A stretch of DNA of 63,495 nucleotides, the filler included. It is 4 parts of 4 records of this genome, joined end to end, with 100 filler letters (N's around TTAATTAATTAA, not from the genome) between each part and the next. Parts side by side here need not be neighbours in the genome. Positions count along the whole stretch, not along the records: positions 20,828 to 47,287 come from SRR31156797_8829; positions 47,388 to 63,495 come from SRR31156797_8833; 2 more parts are not named here. The stretch is one strand, 5' to 3'. The notes below the pieces were generated by a model that was not told the DNA's origin, did not search any database, and saw nothing but the letters and a program-made list of their open reading frames with translations. Every line of letters begins with the position of its first letter. The stretch's first letter is position 1. Of this stretch, positions 40,945 through 51,918 are shown piece by piece. A program made the position numbers and the translations under genes.

Positions 40945-41868
40945 ATGTACATCATGGATTATCAGAAAATATTTTCAAACATTGTGTCGCAAATGCGGAA
41001 TTTTAAGGATTCTGGCAATTTGGCTAACTATATACCTGAATTGGGTAATGTTAGTCCTCAAAAGTTCGGAGTGCATTTGGTTACTATAGAAAATAGTAAT
41101 TTTAAGTTAGGAGATTCGGCAGAAAAATTTTCTATTCAGAGTATTTCAAAAGTACTATCACTAACATTAGCCTTTGAAATAGAGGAGGAGAAATTATGGA
41201 AAAGAGTGGGTGTAGAGCCATCAGGAACTCCATTTAATTCTTTAGTTCAGTTAGAACATGATGAGGGAATACCCAGGAATCCATTTATAAATGCAGGAGC
41301 GATTGTTGTGGCTGATATTTTGGTCAGTCATCTTCAAAATCCTAAAAAAGAGTTTTTGGAATTTGTGAGGAAATTATCAGGCAATTCATCAGTTACTTAT
41401 TCAGATAAAATTGCAGAATCTGAAAAATCTACAGGCTATCGAAATGCCGCTTTGTGTAATCTTATGAAGTCATTTGGTAACATTAAAAATGATATCGATG
41501 TAGTTTTGGATTTCTATTTCAATTTGTGTTCCATAGAAATGACATGCGATGAATTGGCAAAGACTTTTTTATTCTTAGCTAACTATGGTAAGAATCCAAT
41601 TACTGGTGATAAGATAATAAGTATAAGTAAATCGAAAAGAATCAATGCCGTAATGCAATTATGTGGTTTATATGATGAAGCTGGTGAATTCTCGTTTAAA
41701 GTAGGATTGCCTGGGAAAAGTGGTGTTGGAGGCGGTATTGTAGCTGTACATCCTGGGAAATACAGTATTGCAGTTTGGAGCCCTCGCCTAAATAAAAAAG
41801 GAAATTCGAGTAAAGGAATGAAATTTTTAGAGGAATTTACTACAGCTACAGAATCTTCAATTTTTTAG
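40945..41868 (+). CDS. glsA: Glutaminase
   Basis: ANYIPEL, FSIQSISK (SxxK), EPSGTPFNS, NPFINAGA, CGLYD, GKSGVGG; start may be ATG 40954. Confidence 0.96.
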   Translation: MYIMDYQKIFSNIVSQMRNFKDSGNLANYIPELGNVSPQKFGVHLVTIENSNFKLGDSAEKFSIQSISKVLSLTLAFEIEEEKLWKRVGVEPSGTPFNSLVQLEHDEGIPRNPFINAGAIVVADILVSHLQNPKKEFLEFVRKLSGNSSVTYSDKIAESEKSTGYRNAALCNLMKSFGNIKNDIDVVLDFYFNLCSIEMTCDELAKTFLFLANYGKNPITGDKIISISKSKRINAVMQLCGLYDEAGEFSFKVGLPGKSGVGGGIVAVHPGKYSIAVWSPRLNKKGNSSKGMKFLEEFTTATESSIF

Positions 41869-41908
41869 TGCTTGTTTTCAATTTGCAATAATCGTTCAAT
41901 TGTCTACC

Positions 41909-41925
41909 TTTAGAATCATTCTAAA
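41909..41925. promoter_or_regulatory. Palindromic operator candidate (8-1-8)
   Basis: TTTAGAAT-C-ATTCTAAA perfect inverted repeat overlapping the near-consensus -7 element TACCTTTA, 18 nt before the carbonic anhydrase ATG. Confidence 0.45.
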
Positions 41926-41943
41926 CCACGATTATTAAAAACT

Positions 41944-42483
41944 ATGAGCCAATTAATTGAAATCAACAGTACAAAAGATATTTTACCAGAATACCAGAAC
42001 ACACCAATAGGATTGCTTCTTGAATTTCACAATTTGAATAGATCTTTTGAAGACTATAAACAAGCACAATTGTTGGTCGGAATGTGCATGGACCACAGAA
42101 AACATCTCCATATTCCGGAGAATTTTTCTTATATCATTAGAACCGGTGGTGCTAATCTTAGATACAGCGAATTTAAAGTTTCCTATGCTATTTCGGTAGG
42201 AGGAATCAAGCATATCGCACTTATCGGTCACAACAATTGTGGCATGGTGAATTTGAATTCTAAAAAGGATCAATTTATTAGCGGATTGGTCAAAGAAGGA
42301 GGCTGGTCTCAAGTTAGAGCGGAAGAACACTTTAACAATTTTGCACCCATGTTTGAAGTTGGTAATGCCATGGAATTTGTAGCTTACGAAGCCAAGCGTT
42401 TGAGAATTAAATATCCTAAAATTGTTGTAGCTCCATTATTTTATAATGTAGATGATAATAAATTGTATATGATAAAGGAATAA
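41944..42483 (+). CDS. Beta-class carbonic anhydrase-like protein
   Basis: Zn ligands CMDHR (CxDxR) and GHNNCG (HxxC), IIRTGGAN. Confidence 0.85.
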   Translation: MSQLIEINSTKDILPEYQNTPIGLLLEFHNLNRSFEDYKQAQLLVGMCMDHRKHLHIPENFSYIIRTGGANLRYSEFKVSYAISVGGIKHIALIGHNNCGMVNLNSKKDQFISGLVKEGGWSQVRAEEHFNNFAPMFEVGNAMEFVAYEAKRLRIKYPKIVVAPLFYNVDDNKLYMIKE

Positions 42484-42538
42484 CTTGGTTGAGTAATTTA
42501 TATTGTTTTGTTAAATTTGCAGTAAAGTGTAAATATTT

Positions 42539-42982
42539 ATGAGCAATTGGATTATTGTATTAACTACCGTCCTTCCTCAGGAAGCACACATGGCAAAGAC
42601 TTATCTAGAATCATTTGGAATTGATGTTTTTATTAGAGATGAATTAACAGCACAAGTAGATAACTTCTGTTCAAATGCAATTGGCGGTGTTAAATTATTA
42701 GTACACGAATCTAATTTTGATAAAAGTATTGAGTATCTGAAAAGTGGAGGTTATATTACAGCGGCTGATTTATTGGTGGAGAGGGATATTCAAAAAGTTA
42801 AATTCGCAAAGAATATGGATAAGACTGTTTGTCCATTTTGTAAATCCAAAAATATTGGTAAGGTTCGCGAGCCAAACCTTCTTATTTTGATAACATACTT
42901 TCTGTTGGGTATTCTTTTCCCTTTATTTAAGAGGAGCTATAAATGTTTTGAATGTGATAAGGAGTGGAAGTTTATTAAGTAA
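42539..42982 (+). CDS. DUF2007 domain protein with C-terminal Zn-ribbon and hydrophobic segment
   Basis: EAHMAKTYLESFGI..FIRDE, SNAIGGVKLLV; CPFCKS...CFEC flanking a hydrophobic stretch; TAAATTTG -7 element at 42512. Confidence 0.85.
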   Translation: MSNWIIVLTTVLPQEAHMAKTYLESFGIDVFIRDELTAQVDNFCSNAIGGVKLLVHESNFDKSIEYLKSGGYITAADLLVERDIQKVKFAKNMDKTVCPFCKSKNIGKVREPNLLILITYFLLGILFPLFKRSYKCFECDKEWKFIK

Positions 42983-43068
42983 TTTTTTTGAAAGTACCAG
43001 ATTTAAAATATTCCTGTATTTTTGCGACAATTTAATTCTTCTCAGAAAGATTTTTAACTAAGATAGCA

Positions 43069-43794
43069 ATGGAATATACCAGATTAAATAAGGCAATAGC
43101 GGAAACCGGATACTGTTCACGTCGCGAGGCAGATAAATTAATTGAATCAGGTAAAGTGAAGGTGAATGGTAAAAAAGCTGAAATGGGTGTAAAGGTTACC
43201 AGAGAAGATGAAATTTCGGTTAGGGGAGAGATCGTCACTAAAACCGTAAAAAGCATTTATTTAGCATTTCACAAACCAGTTGGAATTACTTGTACTACCG
43301 ATCTTAGAATTAAAGGAAATATCATCTCTTACATCAATTATCCTGAGCGTATTTTCCCAATTGGTAGATTGGATAAACCTAGTGAAGGTTTAATCTTTAT
43401 GACCAATGATGGTGATATTGTGAATAAAATTCTTCGCTCGAGAAACAATCACGAAAAAGAATACATCGTTACGGTAAATAAAAAAATCACCTCTGATTTT
43501 ATCAAGAGAATGGGAAATGGGATTCCTATTCTTGACACTGTTACTAAAAAATGTCGTGTTACCAAGGTAAATAACTATACCTTCAAAATTGTACTTACAC
43601 AAGGTTTAAATCGACAAATTAGAAGAATGTGTGAGTATCTAAGATATGATGTTACCTCACTTAAACGACTTCGGATCATGAATATTTCACTTGGTAATAT
43701 AAAACCAGGAAAGTATCGTTCTTTCACCAAAAAGGAGTTAAAAGATCTGTTAAACCTTTGTGAGGATTCGCGCAAAACTCATGATGGATTTTAA
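43069..43794 (+). CDS. rluF: 23S rRNA pseudouridine synthase F
   Basis: S4 domain RLNKAI..CSRREAD, KPVGITCT, GRLDKPSEG catalytic Asp, NHEKEY, QGLNRQIRRMCE; TATTTTTG -7 element at 43017. Confidence 0.93.
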   Translation: MEYTRLNKAIAETGYCSRREADKLIESGKVKVNGKKAEMGVKVTREDEISVRGEIVTKTVKSIYLAFHKPVGITCTTDLRIKGNIISYINYPERIFPIGRLDKPSEGLIFMTNDGDIVNKILRSRNNHEKEYIVTVNKKITSDFIKRMGNGIPILDTVTKKCRVTKVNNYTFKIVLTQGLNRQIRRMCEYLRYDVTSLKRLRIMNISLGNIKPGKYRSFTKKELKDLLNLCEDSRKTHDGF

Positions 43795-44132
43795 CCTTTA
43801 ATTATACATTTTTATTCTTAGTATTAATTCTTCTTATTAGATTTTCATCCTTTCATTGAATGAGAGTGATACCTTCTTTTGTCTAATCTTATATTCATAA
43901 AGTTACACTTCAGTGTTGCTTATTTAATCTCATTTTTAATAAAAAGCTCTCCTCTTCAGAAGTGTCTCATAGTCACCTACTTGTAATTTTGTTTAAGAAT
44001 TATTAATATTTTGACAATGATTTATAGAACTTTAATCATTAGATTTACGTATTTAAGAGAATAAAATAAGTCTTTCGTCAAAAATGATGTGTGTTTGGGG
44101 ATTGTAGTGATGACGTTTTAAAAGGAGAATAA

Positions 44133-47100
44133 ATGGATAAACTTCTACGGCTGTTTTGTTTTACGCTGTTTTTTACATTTGGTTGTAATTTGGGATATGC
44201 TCAGATTGTTCGACCTGTAAATGATACAACAATTTGTGCAGGTGAGTCTGTGATTCTTGAAGCAAAGCCAGGATCATATATGTACAATTGGAGTACAGGT
44301 GATTTATCAAAAACAATAACTGTTTCACCGCTTGTAACAACTTCGTATAACCTACGTGTATTTATTCCTGATACTGGAACTGAAATGATCACTAATGGTG
44401 ATTTTGATTTGGGTAATATGGGATTTTATAGTGAATACGTTTATTGTCCAGATGCAGGCGTTTCTTCTTCTAATCATTCGCATTATGCTTCGCTTTGGCA
44501 AGAAGGAAGATATGCCGTAGATGATAATCCTAATGAATATCATGCGAATTTTTCAGCTTGTGGAGGTCATACAGGAAATAATCCTGATAATTACCTGATT
44601 GTAAATGGAGCACCTGATGAAAATGTTGTGGTTTGGAGTCAAACGATTAACGTAAATCCAAATCAATATTATGCTTTTTCCACATGGGCTTGTAATGTAC
44701 ACCCTACCAATCCTGCTCGTCTCGAGTTTATGATTGATGGAGTCTTAATGGGAGATTATATTGAACCTAGTACAGGTTCAACTTGTGCATGGGAAGAGTT
44801 TTATTCATTGTGGCACTCAGGAACAAATACATCAATTGTAATTTCCATAGTAAATAAAAATTTGATTCGTAGTGGAAATGATTATGCATTGGATGGTATT
44901 TCATTTAATCCTTTGTTAGAAGTTCCTGATACTAGAACGGTAACGGTTGTGGATCCAGCGAACGTTAATGCTGGTCCTGATCAAACAATTTGTGGAAATG
45001 TTAACGCAAATATTACTGCTACAGTAACTAGCAATACTGGATTTGCTTGGTCAAGTTCAGGAGATGGAGTATTTGACGATCCATCAAGTTTAAATACGAG
45101 TTATTTGCCAGGTGCTGTTGATAAGGCAAATGGCATGGTTACTTTAACTGCTATTGCAAACTCGAGTTCTCCATGTGGACCTATTACTGATAATTTGGTT
45201 TTATATTTAAATCCGGTTCCTAATATTGGTTTAGGTGATCATCGGGCTTCATGTGGAGGTGGTGATATCATACTTGATGCAGGAAATTCTGGGTCTTCTT
45301 ATGTTTGGAATACTGGAGAAACAACCCAAACTATTGTTGTGGCAACTTCTGGTAATTATTCAGTTGAAGTGACAAATTCTTTTTCTTGTGTAGAAAATGA
45401 CACTGTATATGCAGGTTTTTATTCTGATTTTGATATAGATTTGGGACCTGATCAAACTGTTTGCGAAGGTGAACCAGTTGTTTTGGATGCTGAAATATCA
45501 GGTGCAAGTTATTTATGGAGTACAGGTGAAACGACACAGCAAATAATAGTTTATAATGCAGGTAATTATTCTGTAAGTGTTATTAATTCCTACGGATGTA
45601 ATGCCTCAGATGATATAAATATTAATTTGATACCACCACCAGTAGTGGATTTAGGACCTGATCGTGAATTAGCAGATGGTGAAGTAATTCGCCTTGATGC
45701 AGGAGTTCATTTTTGGTATATATGGGATAATGGATATCGGGGGAGATATTTAGATGTTGATAAACCAGGCTTGTATGCCGTTAGGGTTATGGATGCTAAT
45801 GGATGCTCGGCTATGGATATGATTAATATATCTGGCGGGGAGGGAACTGTACCGGATGTTTCCTTAAATGATACTATAATTTGTAGAGATGAATCTGTAG
45901 AATTGTATGCAGGAGATGGTTTTTTGTTTAATTGGGATGTTGATGGGTTGTCTTCAAGAGTTGTTGTATCTCCAGATTCAACTACAACTTATCATTTACG
46001 AGTCTTTTATATTGATGAAACTTTAGAATTGGTTGAAAATGGTGATTTTACTTTAGGAAATATTGGTTTTCAAAGTGGGTATTATTACTGTTCAAATCCT
46101 TGGAATAGAGACTGTAAGGATCATAAAAGTAAATATACAATTAACAGTAATACCACGGTTTTAGGTGGGGGATTTCACGATTGTACAGGAATAACAGGTA
46201 ATTCTCCTGATAATGTAATGGTGGTTAAAGGTGCTGAGGCGCATAAAACTGTTTGGGAACAAACTATCAGTGTTGATCCCAATAGTTATTATGTCTTTGC
46301 AGTTAATATAGCAAACCTGCATTCTAATAGTTATGATGAATTCGAGGTTAAGGTAAATGGAGTAAGAGTTGATCATTTTTATACAGATGAACCTTGTGAT
46401 TGGGATGAATTTAAAAGTTTAATTTATACTGATTCTCGAACCGAATTACATATTTCTGTTGATAATGTAAGTACTTCTGGTGTTGGTAATGGTTACGCAC
46501 TTGATGGACTTAGTATGTTTAAACTTGCAGAGTTGCCATTAGATGTTACAGTTGAAGTAATTCAACATGTTACTGCGGATGCTGGAAATGATTTAATAAT
46601 ATGTGAATCAGGTACCGCTAGCTTAAATGGGGTAGTTACAAATGCATCATCCTTTATTTGGACTAGCTTAGGAGATGGAAGCTTTGACAATTCAGGATTG
46701 TTAACGGCAACTTATACTCCAGGAACAGCAGATATCGCTAACGGATTTGTTGAATTGGAATTAAGTGCACAGCCAATAGTACCTTGTGTTTTGCCGGATG
46801 CGGATACAATACGAATAGATATTAGTAGTAATCTAGCTATAGATATTGGACCAGATCAAGAAATATGTGATGGGAATTCTGTTGTTTTAAATGCAAATTA
46901 TTCAGGAGGTTCATATTTATGGAGTACAGGCGAAACGACTCAATCAATAACTGTTGCTGTAGCAGGAATATATAATGTTATAGTAACTGATATTTACGGA
47001 TGTTCAGGTTCTGATGAAATGAATTTAACTGTACATTCAAATCCTATATTTGATTTAGGTGCAGATCAAGATACTTGCGAAGGTGTTGATGTAATGTTAG

Positions 47101-47287
47101 ATGCAGGTCTTCCTGGATCAACATATTTATGGAGTACGGGGGAAACCTTACAAGCTATCTTAGTTAATACAACAGGAAACTATTCTGTTACTTTAACCGA
47201 TATTAATGGTTGTTCTTTTTCAGATAATGCAAATGTAACCGTTCATCCGAACCCAATAGTAGATTTGGGATCTGATCAGGAAACTTG
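44133..47287 (+). CDS. Large repetitive secreted surface protein (Ig/PKD-like repeats plus jelly-roll-like inserts), 3' truncated
   Basis: Signal peptide ending YA-Q; repeats DLGPDQTxC...LDA...YLWSTGETTQ...GNYSV...GC; two NGDF-starting inserts; no stop before the gap. Confidence 0.85.
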
Positions 47288-47387
47288 NNNNNNNNNNNNN
47301 NNNNNNNNNNNNNNNNNNNNNNNNNNNNNNNTTAATTAATTAANNNNNNNNNNNNNNNNNNNNNNNNNNNNNNNNNNNNNNNNNNNN
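47288..47387. other. Artificial contig-joining spacer
   Basis: 44 N + TTAATTAATTAA + 44 N; abrupt shift to high GC. Confidence 0.98.
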
Positions 47388-48723
47388 GGGCGCTTTCGGC
47401 GGTATCGATCTCGGGCCGGTTGACGGCGCGGGATTCAAGTGCGGTTTTTTGTTCGGCGATCTCGGTGGCGCGTCGGGCCAGGTTTTGTGCGCGGTTTCGC
47501 TGTTCCTCGATACGGCGCGCAAGATTGCTCCGTTGGGCTTCGTCCTCGGCAATGCGCGAGGTCAGTTCGCCGTGGCGGGATTCGAGCTCGGCAACGGTGC
47601 CACGAACGGCTTCGAGCCGCGTTTTGGCTTCTTCGCGGGCACTATCTTCGCCTTGCCGGGCGGCGACGATTTCCGCCGTTTCGGCTTCCAGGCGGCGGAC
47701 GGCGGCGGCGGCATCGTCGGACAGGCCGCGTTCGCGGTCGATGTCGCTGTCGATCTGGCCCAGGCGGGCCTGGTTTTCGCGGCGTGCCTCGGCGATGCGG
47801 GCCTCTTCGGCATCAAGCCCCTCGCGGGCCATGGTGATGCGCTGCAGTTCGGCGGCGGCTTCAGCCTCGGCCTGACGGAACGGCGGCAGGATGGCGGCGC
47901 ATTCGGCCTGCCGGGTAGAGGCCTCGGCGGCGATACCGGTCAATTCGGCGACCATGGCTTCGGCCTTTGCAAGGCTTTCCCGACCGTTTTCCAGGTCCTT
48001 GCTGGCGGCCATCCAGCGCAGGTGGAACAGGACCGCTTCGGCCTTGCGGATATGGCCGCTGATATTGCGGTATCGCGACGCTTGGCGGGCCTGCTTTTTG
48101 AGGGTCTTGAGCTGGATTTCCAGGGTGCCGAGAACGTCTTCCAGGCGAACCAGGTTGGTTTCGGCGCCGCGCAGGCGAAGTTCGGCTTCGTGGCGGCGTG
48201 AATGAAGGCCGGTGATGCCAGCGGCTTCTTCTAGCAGAATCCGGCGATCCGTCGGCTTCGATGAAATAATATTTCCGATGCGTCCCTGGCTGACCAGGGC
48301 GTTGGAACGCGGCCCGGTGGCGGCGTCGGCAAACAGAAGCTGCACGTCGCGGGCCCGGACTTCCTTCGAATTGACCCGATAGGTCGAACCGCTGGCCCGC
48401 TCGATGCGGCGGCTGACGTCCATTTCGGTCATATCGTTGAACTGGGCCGGGGCGGAACGGTCGTCGTTTTCGAGGCTGAGGATGACTTCGGCGACGTTGC
48501 GGGGCGGGCGGTCGCGGGTGCCGCCGAAGATGACGTCGTCCATCTCGCCGCCGCGCATCTGTTTGGCCGACGATTCGCCCATGACCCAGCGCAGGGCCTC
48601 GACCAGGTTGGATTTGCCGCAACCGTTGGGGCCGACAATACCGGTCAGTCCGCGCTCGATCAAAAGATCGGTCGGTTCGACAAACGATTTAAAACCGGTC
48701 AGCCGAAGGCGGGAGAATCGCAC
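47388..48723 (-). CDS. smc: Chromosome segregation protein SMC (3' truncated)
   Basis: GFKSF, Walker A GPNGCGKSN, WVMGESSAKQMRG, LVSQG, EEAAGI, then coiled coil. Confidence 0.97.
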
Positions 48724-48761
48724 CGAAATTTAACCCCAACCAATATTCTAATACCCTGTTG

Positions 48762-49370
48762 TCAGTTGGCCTTTTTCAGGGCCTCTTCGATGACATCCTT
48801 GAAATCCTCGAACGGCAACGCGCCGGTCACCTTTTCGCCGTTGACCATAAAGGTCGGCGTCGAATTGATGCCGTGTTCTTCCTGATCGGCGGCGGCCCGG
48901 TCGCGGATGGCTTCGAATATTTTCTGGTTGCCAAGGCATTCTTTGAACTGCTCGGCCGACATGCCGCCAAGGCGCGCCACACGTTCCAACTCGCGGGCCG
49001 GATCGTTCGATTGGGCCCAGGTTCCCTGGCTCAGGAAAAGCGCATCCAGGAAGCCGAAATACCGTTCCGGCGGCGCGCAGTGCGGAATCATCGCCGCCGC
49101 CATGGCCAGCCGCCCGAGCGGAAAATCGCGATAGACCAGACGAACCTTGCCGGTGTCGACATATTCCTTCTTGATCCGGGGCAAGGTGTCGCGATGGAAG
49201 TTGCCGCAATGCCCGCAGGTAAGGGAGGAATGCTCGGAAATCGTTACAGGTGCATCCTTGCTGCCGAGGGTCATTTCCCCCAGCACGTCGTCGTAGTCGG
49301 CGGCAACGGCATTTCCGCCGGCCACGGCCAGCGCCAAGACTGCTACAACACCTAGTAGGATCTGCCTCAA
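48762..49370 (-). CDS. DsbA-family thiol-disulfide oxidoreductase
   Basis: Signal peptide, LGSKDAPVT, SLTCGHC, YRDFPL, STPTF; GGAG RBS before TTG. Confidence 0.93.
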   Translation of the reverse strand: MRQILLGVVAVLALAVAGGNAVAADYDDVLGEMTLGSKDAPVTISEHSSLTCGHCGNFHRDTLPRIKKEYVDTGKVRLVYRDFPLGRLAMAAAMIPHCAPPERYFGFLDALFLSQGTWAQSNDPARELERVARLGGMSAEQFKECLGNQKIFEAIRDRAAADQEEHGINSTPTFMVNGEKVTGALPFEDFKDVIEEALKKAN

Positions 49371-49437
49371 TTCAGTTCTCCCTTACACAACATGTTGGCG
49401 ACTATAGATTCGCTTCAAAGACTCCACAAGACGGGTT

Positions 49438-49974
49438 TTATCCACCGTTTTCACGTCCGCGCACGCGCGCTTTGACAAGCCGGCCGAGAGATTCCAAAGC
49501 CTCGCGAAGTTCGGGATCGTCGATTGGCGCCACCATCGCCGAAACGGCGGCGTCGGCTTTGCTGTCGGCCGTGTCCGGAGCCGCGGCGGGAACGTCCGGG
49601 CCGCTGGCCACCGGGCCCTGCTTTATCAGCAGGCGGGCCACCGCGCGGTATCCGAAATAGCCGTTGATGCGCTCCAGGATGATCGGCTCGTTATGCTGGA
49701 TGACGGTGGCGGCGGCACCGCTCGCGACCCGCAAATGAAGCGTGCCGTTGCGCCGCTCGCGTCCGGCAAAGACCAGCTTCTCGGGCGCCGTCAAGCGCGC
49801 GACCTCGGCCCCCATGATGGCCGGCCACTGGCGGACAATGGTGCCGTCGGCGAGCCCGCGATTGCCGAACAGCGGTTTCGTCACCTTTTCGACGGCAACA
49901 CCCAGCGCCTTCGGTGCGCGGCCGCCGCGCCGGGGCCGATATTTCGTCGACGAACCGGTTGAGTCCTTTTCCAT
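49438..49974 (-). CDS. DUF721 / DciA-family protein
   Basis: QWPAIMG..A..PEKL, GTLHLRV, IQH..P.ILERINGYFGY.AV.RL.I.QGP, DPELREALESLG; conserved DUF721-dsbA-smc / mutY arrangement. Confidence 0.88.
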   Translation of the reverse strand: MEKDSTGSSTKYRPRRGGRAPKALGVAVEKVTKPLFGNRGLADGTIVRQWPAIMGAEVARLTAPEKLVFAGRERRNGTLHLRVASGAAATVIQHNEPIILERINGYFGYRAVARLLIKQGPVASGPDVPAAAPDTADSKADAAVSAMVAPIDDPELREALESLGRLVKARVRGRENGG

Positions 49975-50004
49975 GCCCGACAATATGGTACGGACAGAGC
50001 CAAG

Positions 50005-51123
50005 ATGGAACAGATTCACCGAATGACCTCTTCAACAGAGACTTCGAAAAAAAATACGGCTGGCCGTCAGGCGGTTGCGAGGGGCCCGTCCTCCGGGGAA
50101 TTGCTCGGCTGGTACGACCGCAATCGGCGGCGCCTGCCCTGGCGGGCCGATCCCGGCGAGTTATCCGATCCCTACCGGGTTTGGCTGAGCGAAATCATGC
50201 TGCAGCAGACGACCGTGGAAACGGTCAAATCCTATTTCCTGGAATTCGTCCGGCGTTGGCCGACGGTCGGTGACCTGGCGACGGCGGATCTGGACGACGT
50301 TCTGCACTGCTGGCAGGGACTCGGATATTACGCTCGGGCTCGAAACCTGCACAAATGCGCCGGTGTTGTCGTTCGCGACTTTGGCGGCCGGTTTCCGGCG
50401 GAAGAGGCTGATCTTTTGAGCCTTCCGGGCATCGGCGCCTACACGGCCGCGGCGATTTCGGCGATCGCGTTCGGCAATCAGGCGACGCCGGTCGACGGCA
50501 ATGTCGAACGGGTTTTCGCTCGGATATTCGCCCTTTCCGAATCGGGGCCCGGTCTGAAGGCGGCGGTCAGGGCGAAGGCGGCCGGGTACTCTCCCAAACG
50601 CCCCGGCGATTTCTGGCAAGCCGTCATGGACCTGGGCGCAACGGTCTGCCGACCGCGGGCGCCGGATTGCCGTGACTGCCCGTGGGCATCGGCCTGTACT
50701 GCCAACGCGACCGGAGAGCCCGAAAAATTTCCGGTCAAAAAGGCGAAAAAGGCAAAGCCGACCCGTTACGGTGTCGCTTTCCTGGTTTTCGATCCGGCCG
50801 GGTCGATCCTGCTGCGGCGCCGTCGGGACTCGGGCCTGTTGGGCGGAATGATCGAGATTCCGTCGACCGAATGGCGCGAGAAATCCTGGCATCCGGGCGA
50901 AGCGCAAAAATTGGCTCCGGTCGAAGCCGATTGGCGGATCGTCGACGGAATCGTCCGCCATACGTTTACCCATTTCCACCTGGATTTGACGCTGTTGACC
51001 AGTGAATGGTCCGGAACGGCGGTGGAAAGCGCGTTCTGGTGCCCGCCAGAGAACCTGTCCGGGCAGGCCTTTCCGACGGTCATGAAAAAACTTCTGAAGC
51101 TTGGGGGTGTTTTGCCCCGGTGA
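50005..51123 (+). CDS. mutY: A/G-specific adenine glycosylase
   Basis: WYD..RR.LPWR, VWLSEIMLQQT, GLGYYARARN, LPGIGAYT, VDGNVERV, 4Fe-4S C-x6-C-x2-C-x5-C, HTFTHF; true start may be ATG 50023. Confidence 0.97.
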   Translation: MEQIHRMTSSTETSKKNTAGRQAVARGPSSGELLGWYDRNRRRLPWRADPGELSDPYRVWLSEIMLQQTTVETVKSYFLEFVRRWPTVGDLATADLDDVLHCWQGLGYYARARNLHKCAGVVVRDFGGRFPAEEADLLSLPGIGAYTAAAISAIAFGNQATPVDGNVERVFARIFALSESGPGLKAAVRAKAAGYSPKRPGDFWQAVMDLGATVCRPRAPDCRDCPWASACTANATGEPEKFPVKKAKKAKPTRYGVAFLVFDPAGSILLRRRRDSGLLGGMIEIPSTEWREKSWHPGEAQKLAPVEADWRIVDGIVRHTFTHFHLDLTLLTSEWSGTAVESAFWCPPENLSGQAFPTVMKKLLKLGGVLPR

Positions 51124-51165
51124 ATAACATCCGGGGCAATCGGCCGATTTAATCCGGTCGGATGC

Positions 51166-51705
51166 CTATTCGTCGTAAGACATCAGGGCCGAAAACGGGA
51201 CGTCGAATTTTTCGCGTCCCTTGAGAAAAGCCAGTTCGAGCATGCAGGCGACGCCGACCGGCTCCGCGCCGACCTGACGCAGCAGTTCGATCGAGGCGTT
51301 GACGGTGCCGCCGGTTGCCAGCAGGTCATCGAGGATGACCACGCGCTGTCCCGGCTGCACGGCGCCTTCGAGGATTTCCACCGTGTCGGTGCCGTATTCC
51401 AGATCGTATTCGTAGGAAACGGTTTTCCCCGGCAGTTTGCCTTTCTTGCGGACCATGATGAAACCGCAGCCCAACTTCATGGCGAGTGGTGCGGCGACCA
51501 GAAATCCGCGCGATTCGATGCCGACCAGAATGTCCGGGCTCCACTGACCGACGGTCTTGGCCATACGGCTCATGGCAACGCTCCAGGCGTCCGGATGGGC
51601 CAAAAGCGGCGAGATGTCGTAGAAAAGAATACCGGGTTTCGGGAAATCGGGGATCGAGGCAATGTGGTCTTTGAGGTCCATGTTCTTTACCATAACAGAG
51701 CCCAT
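51166..51705 (-). CDS. apt: Adenine phosphoribosyltransferase
   Basis: [44 protein letters not shown]; start probably a few codons downstream. Confidence 0.97.
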   Translation of the reverse strand: MGSVMVKNMDLKDHIASIPDFPKPGILFYDISPLLAHPDAWSVAMSRMAKTVGQWSPDILVGIESRGFLVAAPLAMKLGCGFIMVRKKGKLPGKTVSYEYDLEYGTDTVEILEGAVQPGQRVVILDDLLATGGTVNASIELLRQVGAEPVGVACMLELAFLKGREKFDVPFSALMSYDE

Positions 51706-51888
51706 TTTCTAGGGTTTTTGCGGTCGCGCACCGGGGCGCCGCGACGATTTGTGGCGCAATGGTGCTTGCCGGTCAACCGTCGATTTCCATTTGACTGAAC
51801 GGGAAAAACCACCCGGTGCGTGTGATCTTCCTGAGATTTTTTTTCGAAGCAGCCGAAGCACATCTGAAACGCAACAATAGGCAGGCTG

Positions 51889-51918
51889 TTGTATCCGTGC
51901 CGGAAACCCCGTTATAGT
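51889..51918 (+). promoter_or_regulatory. Sigma70-like promoter candidate for the TAXI operon
   Basis: TTGTAT-N18-TATAGT. Confidence 0.45.

Noticed and set aside
45200..47287. Recurrent TGGAGTACAGG-like nucleotide repeats as a possible CRISPR array
   Set aside because: They encode the WSTGET protein repeat inside a long ORF, are degenerate at third positions and are spaced hundreds of nt apart; no cas genes
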